This document shows, in pieces, positions 37,474 to 46,462 of a DNA stretch of 64,000 bases. Both the position numbers and the translations under genes were made by a program. Position 1 is the first letter of the stretch. Each line of letters begins with the position of its first letter. This stretch comes from Candidatus Pacebacteria bacterium GW2011_GWA1_46_10 (lineage in GTDB: Bacteria > Patescibacteriota > Microgenomatia > UBA1400 > PJMF01). The stretch spans positions 8,417-72,416 of the forward strand of contig LCLP01000001.1 in NCBI GenBank assembly GCA_001002135.1. Direction: 5' to 3'. The notes under the pieces are model-generated. The model saw only the letters and a list, made by a program, of their open reading frames with translations, was not told the origin of the DNA and did no database searches.

Positions 37474-38845
37474 ATAAACTTCCCGGATGAGTAATTTGAA
37501 CATCAAAGAATAATTTAGATTTTTGTTTGGGATGTATAAGCAACAGTTGTTTCAAGTTCAGTAGTGTTTGTAGCAACAAAAAAGGTAAATACTTTTGTGG
37601 CCGCAAACGAAGGTAGTTGGTAGTAGAACTTGTACCCCTAATTTGGACTTGATGCTGAGCCGCCATTTCTTCCACTATTTGCTTGATTGGAAAAAAGGTG
37701 TGAAGGTGTTGCTCTGAATCTAGGTAATTGACAGCAAAGCCCAATTTTTTTAAATATTTGAACTGGTTAGTAAATTCTAGCTTTACTTCGGTCAGCTTTA
37801 CTTGTCCAAAAAAAAGCTTAGTTAATAAAACTGGCAAAGAAAAAAAGTTCCCTTGCTGGTCTATTAGGGAACTGACCAATTTTTGTATAGTGATAGGCTT
37901 TCCTCTGGTTAAATTGAGATGAAGACCGATCTTGACTGATCGTTGGTAAGCAAGCAATTTTCGACTATCTATTGTGGAAACAAGATTTACTAAAACGGAC
38001 ACACCAGTCAGATTTTTAGCGGCCGCTTGATCAATTACAGCCTCATTAACAACTGACGATAAACCATAATCATCAGCAATAACTGGTAGACGGCTTAATT
38101 GATTGTTTGAATTATTAGATAAATAACCGCCGAGTTTAAAGGTGATTATTCTCCATAAATCAATGAGTGTGAGTCGAACTCTTCGCCAAGAAGTATAACG
38201 AGTTGGTCGCAATTCCCTCACAACAACAGGAACCTCCTGGAGACTTTGTTTTTGTTGGCAAAGCTTTAACAGTAATTCTGTATCCAGCAGCTCATGTTTG
38301 ACGGAGCACGCTCTTAAAGTTTTTATCAGAGCTGGAGTACTACGAAATGCTTTTAAACCATGAGTGTCTGTACCGGGGTATGAAAATAACATCTTGAGCG
38401 ATTGATGAAAAATTTTGGTTTGAATTTGGCGAAGTAATCCACGGTGGTCTTGGCTTTCACGTAATGTTTTTGAGCCTACCACGATTTCGTATTTATCGAG
38501 CAATTTTTTTGCCTGGGAAATGAAATTCGAATTGAAAAAATCAATATTTAAGACATAGATTTTTTGGCCTAAAGCGCTCAAAATCCCGTGTTTAAGAGCT
38601 TGGCCATAAGAAGCCTGACTAATGCGCAAATTACGTAAACCAGGATATTTTTTAGCGAGCCTTTGCATAGTTGCCCAGGTTTGATCAGTGCTGCCGTTTT
38701 CGATTAGTAACACTTCAAATTGAGTAAAATAGTTTTTTTCTAATAACTGGTAAAAAAGCTTTAATTGAGGGGAGAGATAAGAAGCTTCATTATAAACAGG
38801 AAATATAAAGCTATGTCGAACTGAGGAATGGACATTGTTACTCAT
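37466..38845 (-). CDS. bifunctional fusion: N-terminal family 2 glycosyltransferase, C-terminal YdjC/ChbG-like carbohydrate deacetylase
   Basis: GT2 'SFIFPVYNEASYL...LLIENGSTDQT'. YdjC-type 'SRLPVIADDYGLSSVVNEAVIDQAAAKNLTGVSVLVNLVST' starting around residue 235. Confidence 0.7.
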   Translation of the reverse strand: MSNNVHSSVRHSFIFPVYNEASYLSPQLKLFYQLLEKNYFTQFEVLLIENGSTDQTWATMQRLAKKYPGLRNLRISQASYGQALKHGILSALGQKIYVLNIDFFNSNFISQAKKLLDKYEIVVGSKTLRESQDHRGLLRQIQTKIFHQSLKMLFSYPGTDTHGLKAFRSTPALIKTLRACSVKHELLDTELLLKLCQQKQSLQEVPVVVRELRPTRYTSWRRVRLTLIDLWRIITFKLGGYLSNNSNNQLSRLPVIADDYGLSSVVNEAVIDQAAAKNLTGVSVLVNLVSTIDSRKLLAYQRSVKIGLHLNLTRGKPITIQKLVSSLIDQQGNFFSLPVLLTKLFFGQVKLTEVKLEFTNQFKYLKKLGFAVNYLDSEQHLHTFFPIKQIVEEMAAQHQVQIRGTSSTTNYLRLRPQKYLPFLLLQTLLNLKQLLLIHPKQKSKLFFDVQITHPGSLYD

Positions 38846-38906
38846 GAATGAGTGTTATCATAGTTTTTGAAACTATCAAGGTCAATTAAATAGAATCTGG
38901 GAGGAA

Positions 38907-41444
38907 ATGAGTTTTTTTTTACCAACTAAGCATTTAATTAATCAGACGAGGCGTCAAAAGCAAACTCAACTACATCAGTTGGAAAACAAGCTTAAAAAAA
39001 GCCGCTCATTAAATGAGTATCTGCGCGCTCTTGATAGGTGGGGCCAATTAAATACATTAGTTTTTGCCAAAATTTATAAAGAAATTTTTTCTAAAAAAGA
39101 GAAACTCCATAGCTCACTTTGTGTTTCAGGAAGTTATGCGAGCGGCAGCTTAACATGCAGGTCAGATCTTGACGTTGTGTTATTTTACGATTCGCGTTTT
39201 TTGCCAAAGCGTGATGTAGAGAGAAAAATACAAAGTTTTTTATCAGTAGTTCAGCCGCTGGTGGGCAAAGCTGATTATATTATTTTTGACACAAATCAAG
39301 CTTCTAGTTCAGATTTTTTTGACACTGTAAACCCATTTTTACTAAACTTTTTCTTGATACACTCTTTTATTTCGGGCAATCAACAGCTTTATAGAGAAAC
39401 AGCTAACAACCTAGCTAAAAATGAAAAAATTACCCAGCAACTGGTGGAGTTTATTTATGTTCACAAACAGCTTCCCAAGTTCGGTTTTACTGAAAATACC
39501 CAGTTTCACGTTAAAATTTCTCCGGGAGGGCTTTTAACGCTTACTTTAGCTTTTCATTTTTTGCGGTCATCAAAGTTTTTTTCTCAAGATTTAAGCTTGA
39601 TTGAAGTTCTCAGAAATCTCAATCAACTTAAGGAATTTTCTAGAAAAGAGTGCTTAGCAGTGATTGATTCTTTTAAATTATTGCGTTTTGTAAAAAGTGA
39701 GTTAGAAATTATCAGCAATTCTGATCAGGTCCCGGTTAAAGAAGAGCTCCTATTTAAAATAAGCCAAAGAAATAATTGGATTCCCGACGGAAAGATTTTA
39801 TACACCGCAATCAACAGAGCCAGAAGAACTATTCTTAATTTTGATGAAAAAATTCAATCAATGATTTTGGATAAGCTCGGAATTGATAAAAAAAAGCTTC
39901 TCCAATTTTATAAAAATCAAAAAAACTGGGAAAAGCTCATAAGCGATACTGAAAAACCTTTTTACAACACCATCTTTGCTTGGACAACCAATAATCCTGT
40001 AGTGAGCGAGGGGCTTTTTTACCAAACAGAAAAAAAATCGACCCCTTTTTTGCTGGGGTTGATGCAAAACCCGATCACCCCTGGCAAGATACTTAATAAG
40101 GTGGAAATTCTTAGTAGAGATACTCAATACCTTAAAGTAAGAAATCGCTTTTTGCTTTATCACCCGTTTCTGATGAAAAAAACACTATTGCGAATGGTGA
40201 CAAAAGATTGGAGTGCATTTCTGTCATTTGTCCACACATTGCGGAATAAGATTTTTCAACAAGTTTTGTGGCTTCTTTCAAAATTAAAATTCTTCGGTTT
40301 AAGAAAGGTTTTTTATGCGGCAAAGGACTTCACTCTTTTTCTTAAAAAGATACATTTATCAAATGACATAGTGTTTTTGTCAAAAAGCAAGAAGGAGGAA
40401 ATACTATCGAGTTTTGTAAAAGAGCTATCTCGTCTAGAGATGGTTGAAGCGGTTTACAACATAGGAAGGAAGAAATATGTTTCGGGAATATCGGATTTAG
40501 ATTTAGTGGTGATAGTCAAAAAGAGTGGTAGTTATTCTTCGCTCAAAAAGGTTTTTTACCAATATCGAGCTAGTTTTAAGTCACAGTCCTATTTGTTTGA
40601 GCATTTTCCTTTTGTTGTCACTCGCAGCCTCTTTGTCGCACTCACTCGTTTTGGCATAATTCCACATCTCAACCACGATCTAACCGAACGTTTGCAGTGT
40701 TTATACGCCAAAAAAGATTTTAGTCAGCCTGAAATAACTGTGAGCGGACAACAGTACAGGCTCTCTTTGTTGGAGCATTATTTTCTTTCTATTTGGTCAA
40801 ACAATCTTACCTTGAGGTATCAGTCAGCAGTTTCTCTCAGGCTCATGATTAAAAGGGTAGAAAAGCTCTTTTTGAATTTTTGTCAATTTTGGCAGTTTCA
40901 AAATCCACCCCCGATCCTTTCGGAAAATGGTTTTTATCAGGAAATGGAGTTAAAAATTTCCAAGACCATTAAAAGTATTCTTAAAACAATATCTAACAAA
41001 GAGATACTTTCGTTTTCCCAGCATGCTGCTCTCTTTCAAATATGGCAGGAGATTGACCAGGCATTTGAAAAGGAAATCAATAACTACTTGCAAGAAACTT
41101 TTCCTGGTAATAGTTTATTATTACCACTTGTGTCTGGTCGCAATCAGTTTGCGGACACCCTTTTTCTGCATATACCAAATCGACAGTTATTTTTTTGGAG
41201 ACTTTTGAAATACTGGTTAGGGAAACAAAAGATTTTGTTAATGAATCATCGATATTTGCTTTATTTCAATACTGTTTTTCAAGATAACCAACCTTTAGGC
41301 AGCAAAAGGTTGAGTTCACTCATTAAAGAAAGGAGAAAGACTAGAATGGCTTGGTACTCTTTTTTAGAAGAAGGGGATTTAATTACATGGAGTAATAGAC
41401 CTTATTTTTATGAGATTTATCAAAAGTATAGGGAAGTTTCTTAA
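38907..41444 (+). CDS. large protein with two GlnE/GlnD-type nucleotidyltransferase motifs (double-NTase, GlnE-like architecture); function unknown
   Basis: Motif 1 'LCVSGSYASGSLTCRSDLDVVLFYD' (around residue 70) and motif 2 'VYNIGRKKYVSGISDLDLVVIV' (around residue 520) both fit the G-x-G...S-D-[IL]-D-[LV] Pol-beta NTase signature as seen in GlnE/GlnD. The two lie about 450 aa apart, as in GlnE halves. Confidence 0.45.
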   Translation: MSFFLPTKHLINQTRRQKQTQLHQLENKLKKSRSLNEYLRALDRWGQLNTLVFAKIYKEIFSKKEKLHSSLCVSGSYASGSLTCRSDLDVVLFYDSRFLPKRDVERKIQSFLSVVQPLVGKADYIIFDTNQASSSDFFDTVNPFLLNFFLIHSFISGNQQLYRETANNLAKNEKITQQLVEFIYVHKQLPKFGFTENTQFHVKISPGGLLTLTLAFHFLRSSKFFSQDLSLIEVLRNLNQLKEFSRKECLAVIDSFKLLRFVKSELEIISNSDQVPVKEELLFKISQRNNWIPDGKILYTAINRARRTILNFDEKIQSMILDKLGIDKKKLLQFYKNQKNWEKLISDTEKPFYNTIFAWTTNNPVVSEGLFYQTEKKSTPFLLGLMQNPITPGKILNKVEILSRDTQYLKVRNRFLLYHPFLMKKTLLRMVTKDWSAFLSFVHTLRNKIFQQVLWLLSKLKFFGLRKVFYAAKDFTLFLKKIHLSNDIVFLSKSKKEEILSSFVKELSRLEMVEAVYNIGRKKYVSGISDLDLVVIVKKSGSYSSLKKVFYQYRASFKSQSYLFEHFPFVVTRSLFVALTRFGIIPHLNHDLTERLQCLYAKKDFSQPEITVSGQQYRLSLLEHYFLSIWSNNLTLRYQSAVSLRLMIKRVEKLFLNFCQFWQFQNPPPILSENGFYQEMELKISKTIKSILKTISNKEILSFSQHAALFQIWQEIDQAFEKEINNYLQETFPGNSLLLPLVSGRNQFADTLFLHIPNRQLFFWRLLKYWLGKQKILLMNHRYLLYFNTVFQDNQPLGSKRLSSLIKERRKTRMAWYSFLEEGDLITWSNRPYFYEIYQKYREVS

Positions 41445-41452
41445 TTTTAAAT

Positions 41453-42220
41453 TCAAGCTTTTTCCGAATCTTTTTTGTAGAGCTCTATTACTTCTATTCC
41501 ACCGTCTTCAACGACCTTTCCTTGCTCTAGCCAAATAATTCTTGTGCAGTTATTTTTAAGATAATCTAGCCAATGGCTGACACTAACAATAGTTTTTCCT
41601 TGTTTAAAAAAACTGTTAATTTTTTTTAAAGATTTTTCTCTAAACTCTTGATCGCCAACAGCGATCGCTTCATCTAGCAGTAAAATATCTGGATTAGAGT
41701 GTACGGCGATAGAAAATCCTAACCGAAGAGACATACCAGAAGAGTAGGTATAGAGCGGCGAATCGATAAATTTTTTTAGACCACTAAACTGAACAATTTG
41801 TGTGAAATTTTGTTCTATTTCTTCTTTTGCCATACCAATTATCAAGCCGTTCAAAAAAATATTCTCTTCACCGGTGAGTTCTGGGTGAAAACCAGCTTCT
41901 AGTTCAATCAAAGAAACTACTTTGCCTTTAACCACTACTTTGCCTGAATCAGGAGTAGCAATTCCAGCGGCGATTTTCAACAAAGTAGTTTTACCGGAGC
42001 CGTTGGGACCAATAATGCCAACTTTCTCCCCCTGGGAAATGGTGAGAGAGATACCACGTAACGCCTGAAATCTTTCTCTAGATTCCAAGCCAAATAGTGT
42101 CCCTACTAGGGTAGGTTTTTGGTGTTTTAAGGTATAACTTTTGGCTACGTTTTGGAACTGGATAGCTGCTTGGCGGTTGGTAGATTGGGAGACACTCTTT
42201 TTTTTCATCACTACATCCAA
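41453..42220 (-). CDS. ABC transporter ATP-binding protein, TagH/Wzt-like (teichoic acid / polysaccharide exporter)
   Basis: Walker A 'GIIGPNGSGKTTLLKI', signature 'YSSGMSLRLGFSIAVH', Walker B 'LLLDEAIAVGDQEF'. Pattern typical of ABC-2 polysaccharide exporters. Confidence 0.85.
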   Translation of the reverse strand: MDVVMKKKSVSQSTNRQAAIQFQNVAKSYTLKHQKPTLVGTLFGLESRERFQALRGISLTISQGEKVGIIGPNGSGKTTLLKIAAGIATPDSGKVVVKGKVVSLIELEAGFHPELTGEENIFLNGLIIGMAKEEIEQNFTQIVQFSGLKKFIDSPLYTYSSGMSLRLGFSIAVHSNPDILLLDEAIAVGDQEFREKSLKKINSFFKQGKTIVSVSHWLDYLKNNCTRIIWLEQGKVVEDGGIEVIELYKKDSEKA

Positions 42221-42966
42221 TCATCAAAGTACTGTTCTTCCTTTTTAAAAACCAACAATCCCAACACCACTACCACTAAGGTTAAAGAAAGGGGAATAAG
42301 TAATGATTGACCAAAGGAAAAAGTTTCTGGTACGCCAAAGGCAGCTCTAAACAACTGAATAATAAGTGTCATGGGGTTTAGTACCAATAATTGTTGTAGT
42401 TGATGTGGCAAGATTTCTGGTGAGTAGATGATTGGGGTAGTGTAAAACCACAATGGGAGTAGGGCTTTGGTAAAAAAGTCAACGTCTCTAAACTTGACAT
42501 TTAAACTAGAGAAGAGCAGAGAAATGCCGGCAGTAAAAAAGAATAGCCAACTCACTGCCGCGGCCAGTAAGACAGCATTAACTGAGAAACCTGTAAATGG
42601 TAGCACCAGCAACAAACCAATAGAGAGATGGAGAAGGTTGGACAAAATGAGTGAGATCACTAGTGACTCTCTAGGGAATGCGGCTTTTTTGATTAAATAT
42701 CTTTCATACACGAATAATGGTGTAGCCTTGGAGAAGCTGGTAGTGAAAAAACTCCAAGGAAGTAGTCCTAAAAAGAGGTATAGGAAGTAGTTCTCAGTTC
42801 GAAAACCAGGGATAAACTGAAAAACCAAACCAATGACTAACATCTGTAAAAGAGGGTTGGCTACAATCCATAAAAATCCTAATGCGGCGTGTTTATATCT
42901 TCCCTTAATTTCCCGGCTAGTAAGAGCTAGAGTGAAGTCCAACCAATTTTGCCATTGCTTTACCAT
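42211..42966 (-). CDS. ABC-2 type transporter permease, TagG/Wzm-like
   Basis: Six-TM 251-aa permease immediately upstream of the TagH-like ATPase, with a 10-nt overlap. Confidence 0.8.
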   Translation of the reverse strand: MVKQWQNWLDFTLALTSREIKGRYKHAALGFLWIVANPLLQMLVIGLVFQFIPGFRTENYFLYLFLGLLPWSFFTTSFSKATPLFVYERYLIKKAAFPRESLVISLILSNLLHLSIGLLLVLPFTGFSVNAVLLAAAVSWLFFFTAGISLLFSSLNVKFRDVDFFTKALLPLWFYTTPIIYSPEILPHQLQQLLVLNPMTLIIQLFRAAFGVPETFSFGQSLLIPLSLTLVVVVLGLLVFKKEEQYFDDWM

Positions 42967-44129
42967 TTACGCGCTCCTTTTTGTTCGGAGTTTTGAATAA
43001 CCTTGGAGATATTTATTATCTTGTTTTTCCAACCGTTTGCTAGAGAAAGTTTACGCTGCCATTGCCCTACTTGAGAAGATTGCCGGCGAGTGAGTAGTGA
43101 TGTAATGGTTGTTTGCCAACTTTTGAGAGAAGGTTCTATTTTTACCAAGTTTGAAAACCTTTTGAGTTCAAGAATAGGGGCAGTAATAACTGGTTTTTTG
43201 CAATAGAAATACTCGAATAACTTCATTGGGTAGGAGTATTTAACGAGTAATTGCTTAGTATCGTAGGGAATAAGGCAAACATCAAACTGCTTAATGATGT
43301 TGGGAATTTCCCGTCGATCAGTACTTTGGCCGACTATCACGTTGGGCAGTTTTTTTAATGTATGAAGCTGTCGAGTGGTTTCAAGTTTATTTTCAAGAGA
43401 CATTTCTTGTACTGGTCCCCAGAGTACAAATTGCCACTGAGGGTTTCGTTTGATAAGTCGGTAGAGTAAAGCAAAGTCCAGCCGGTGGTCGATGGCGCCA
43501 ACATAACCAATGAGCGGTTTGTCTTTAGGAAATTTGGCTTTAGTTGTTTTGGGTTTAGCAAAGTCAGTTAACCGAAACCCTTGTGGTACTACTGCCGTTG
43601 GTCGGCGGGTGGTGGAGTGATGTTTGGCAAGCACTGCTGAATTAACAAAGAAAAAATCCACTTGTTTGATGAGTTTTTTTTCTTGAGTTTGCAACAGTTT
43701 TCGTAATTTTGGCTGGCGATGCCAGACGTAATCAACGCAGTCGTACAAAGCAATGAGTTTCGGGAAAGCCCACTTAACTTTGGGGTAAAACCAAAATCCT
43801 GGATCAAACAGCCATAAAATGGCCTGTTTTTTAGTAAGACCATCACGCAGTAGTAGGTACCAAATATTTAACAATTGGTTGAGTTTCTCAATCCCAGCTA
43901 ACCGCCGGACAGGAATCAGGTAGCGCGGTTGGTAAAACAAAATGTTCCGTCGGTGAGGAAATTGTTGTTTAGGTTTGGGTTTAAGCCAAAATCGTGCATC
44001 GGGTTGAATATAAGCGATAACCAAATTGTTTTTAGCCAGTTCCAGGCAGGTTTGCCACTGATAGTCAGCTGACCAATTCCAAGGCAATTGAAAAGGGATG
44101 ATTATTAAACTGTTTTTAAGCACGATCAA
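42960..44129 (-). CDS. glycosyltransferase, GT-B fold (group 1 / GT4-like)
   Basis: C-terminal 'PMKLFEYFYCKKPVIT' matches the GT4 'E-x7-E'-region nucleotide-sugar binding motif. 'LIGYVGAIDHRLDFALL'. Confidence 0.6.
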   Translation of the reverse strand: MIVLKNSLIIIPFQLPWNWSADYQWQTCLELAKNNLVIAYIQPDARFWLKPKPKQQFPHRRNILFYQPRYLIPVRRLAGIEKLNQLLNIWYLLLRDGLTKKQAILWLFDPGFWFYPKVKWAFPKLIALYDCVDYVWHRQPKLRKLLQTQEKKLIKQVDFFFVNSAVLAKHHSTTRRPTAVVPQGFRLTDFAKPKTTKAKFPKDKPLIGYVGAIDHRLDFALLYRLIKRNPQWQFVLWGPVQEMSLENKLETTRQLHTLKKLPNVIVGQSTDRREIPNIIKQFDVCLIPYDTKQLLVKYSYPMKLFEYFYCKKPVITAPILELKRFSNLVKIEPSLKSWQTTITSLLTRRQSSQVGQWQRKLSLANGWKNKIINISKVIQNSEQKGARKW

Positions 44130-45654
44130 CCCTCGCCTGTTTTCGACTTAACGTACTCAACCCAGCATACAAGAAAAAGTAAGAAGAAAGTTCCGGGTGA
44201 TTGAGGAAAATGGGGTAAAACATGGCGCAGAGCACGTAGATGCCCACTGCCAGGCTATATTCTTTGATTACACTCTGTTTTAGATACAAGAAAAACGGTC
44301 TCACTGTGGTGTAAACCAACATGAAAAAGAAAAAGGCGCCTACCATGCCGGTTTCAGCTAAGAGCTGAAAAAGTAAGTTGTGGGGATACGTTGGGTCAAA
44401 CACGAGTTGTTCTCCGGTAAATTCGGTAGCAAAGTAGTAAGGAGAAAGGTTAATACCAACCCCAAACCATGGGTTGCCCAACGCTAATCTAGCGGCGTAT
44501 TGAATCATGGCTAAACGGTAGGTGCCACTCCCATATTGGGTGAAAACATCAGTTAGAGTTTCAAGCCTTCTAGTAAGATAAGGAGCTAAAGCAGTGGCAA
44601 CAATTAAGGCCACCACTACTGTGCCGGCAAACAGTTTAGGATGATTCTTGAAGTTTAAATTTGGTTTGTTTTTTCGCCAAAACCACCAAGTCAGTCCCGC
44701 CAGCCACAGCCACACGCCATATAAAATCCGGCTACCGGTAAAAATAAGCGCTACACTTCCCACCCCTAATCCAAACCAGCCAAGTGTGTTAAGGATATGG
44801 CGCTGATCAGTGTGTCGTTTTCGGAGAACTAAGGGTAGTATGATCGCCATTTGCATCAACAAAAAAGTGCCCAGAATACTGGGCTCAAAAAAGGTGCCAG
44901 TAACACGCAGTAAACCAAGGTCCTCTGAAGCTAGGATACCGAATTGAGCTCCTGGTAAATAAACTTCAAGGTCTTTTCCGAGTGGTCCGCCGGATATTCG
45001 TTGGGCAATCACCCAGCTTGACTCAAACAGCAACGCTGCCAGTGCAACGCTCAGCACGAGTTTTTTGAGTTGCGTCTTTTGATGAGCAAATAGCAAAAGC
45101 GGCAATACCATCAATGCCATCATTCTTACCAGTTGTAGTGCAGACAGCCAACTTACCTCAGGGGCTACGCTCAGCGTGCCGCTGAAAACCACCCAAATAA
45201 TAAAAAGTGCCAGCCACCAGAATGGTTGCAGCTTTTTGAGCGTGGCGCCGATGGAGGTAACTATGGTTTTGTTTCGAAGGTATAAATATCCCAGTACACC
45301 CAGAAAAATATCAGCAAGGTAGACCGGAAAAAAGTAACTAATGTCAAACAGCACCCAGCGCTCGATACTTTCTTTGGGTAGCAGTAGGAGTTGGTAAGCT
45401 CGCCCCTTGGGAAACAACAGTGTTGCCAATAAACCAGCAAAAAGCGACAGTTTAAAGTTTTTAGTCAAGCGAAAGATGACGAGCCAATATAAAAAAGTCA
45501 GTAAAAAAAGTGTGCGGTTGTTAATACTGAAATACAGGCTAAAATAATAAAATAGCGTGGCGGAAAAAAGTTGAAGTGGGGGAGAAAAAGCTACTGCGAC
45601 TGTTCGGCCAATAAAGCTTTTTGATATAGTACGCAATAGTTTCATGAAATTCAT
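44116..45654 (-). CDS. polytopic membrane protein, possible O-antigen polymerase/ligase-like (Wzy_C-type)
   Basis: 12 or more TM segments, 512 aa, located inside the glycan cluster. No definitive motif read. Confidence 0.35.
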   Translation of the reverse strand: MNFMKLLRTISKSFIGRTVAVAFSPPLQLFSATLFYYFSLYFSINNRTLFLLTFLYWLVIFRLTKNFKLSLFAGLLATLLFPKGRAYQLLLLPKESIERWVLFDISYFFPVYLADIFLGVLGYLYLRNKTIVTSIGATLKKLQPFWWLALFIIWVVFSGTLSVAPEVSWLSALQLVRMMALMVLPLLLFAHQKTQLKKLVLSVALAALLFESSWVIAQRISGGPLGKDLEVYLPGAQFGILASEDLGLLRVTGTFFEPSILGTFLLMQMAIILPLVLRKRHTDQRHILNTLGWFGLGVGSVALIFTGSRILYGVWLWLAGLTWWFWRKNKPNLNFKNHPKLFAGTVVVALIVATALAPYLTRRLETLTDVFTQYGSGTYRLAMIQYAARLALGNPWFGVGINLSPYYFATEFTGEQLVFDPTYPHNLLFQLLAETGMVGAFFFFMLVYTTVRPFFLYLKQSVIKEYSLAVGIYVLCAMFYPIFLNHPELSSYFFLYAGLSTLSRKQARVDRA

Positions 45655-46462
45655 TATACAGAACCGTTTTTTGAGAAGATTGAATGTCTTTGATCTGGTA
45701 GTGGTGGCGGTTTTACTCCTAGTTTTAGGATCGTTTTTTTGGCTTCGTGTTTCACGGAAGACCGAGTGGATTGCACTGCGTCTAGTGGTGACTAATGATG
45801 CGTGGTGGTACGAAGGCTCTGCCCCTCAATGGTGGTATGCAGAAGGGTTGACTACTGGGCAGACCGCTAAAAATACGTTTGGTGAGACAATCGCCGAGAT
45901 TACCAACGTTCAAAGTTTTGATGTAGGAGCGTATTATCGTCGTGCTTTTATTGATTTAAAAGTTAAGGGCTACTACGACGCCAAACGTGGGATCTACATG
46001 TATAATTACCAGCCGCTCCAGATTGGCAAACCACTTGATCTTACTTTTGGCAAGAACAATGTCCGTGGGATTGTCACTTATATTGAAAACGCACCACAGG
46101 TTTTTACAGAGAAAACGATTGAAGTTTTTATTCCCGCTGTCCGTTTATGGGTAGCTCAGTCTTACAAGGAAGGAGTGGAGATGCGGGATTCTGAAGGGAG
46201 GACTCTCGCTAAAGTTCTCTCAGTGTCGATTACGCCAACCACGGCGCAAGAAGTGGTGAATGTTTTTCCAGATGTTGCTGAAGTAAAGTTTGCCCCTGAC
46301 CAGTTTTATGATCTAAGACTAACACTCTCTCTTCAAACCTTTGAAAGTGGGGGGGTGAGCTACTTTGTCGACCGAGCCGCTATTAAAGTGGGCGAACGGA
46401 TTTGGTTTCAGTTTCCGCAGACCGTTGTGCGCCAAGCTGAAATTACCCGCATTATCGAGTAA
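45644..46462 (+). CDS. hypothetical N-terminally anchored protein
   Basis: Single N-terminal TM followed by a soluble about 240-aa domain. Confidence 0.45.
   Translation: MKFIIQNRFLRRLNVFDLVVVAVLLLVLGSFFWLRVSRKTEWIALRLVVTNDAWWYEGSAPQWWYAEGLTTGQTAKNTFGETIAEITNVQSFDVGAYYRRAFIDLKVKGYYDAKRGIYMYNYQPLQIGKPLDLTFGKNNVRGIVTYIENAPQVFTEKTIEVFIPAVRLWVAQSYKEGVEMRDSEGRTLAKVLSVSITPTTAQEVVNVFPDVAEVKFAPDQFYDLRLTLSLQTFESGGVSYFVDRAAIKVGERIWFQFPQTVVRQAEITRIIE

Noticed and set aside
38907-41444. Calling the double-NTase protein a bona fide glutamine synthetase adenylyltransferase (glnE)
   Set aside because: The motif style and bipartite spacing resemble GlnE, but there is no glnA/glnB/ntr context and the gene sits in a glycan cluster. 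It is kept as GlnE-like architecture of unknown function.
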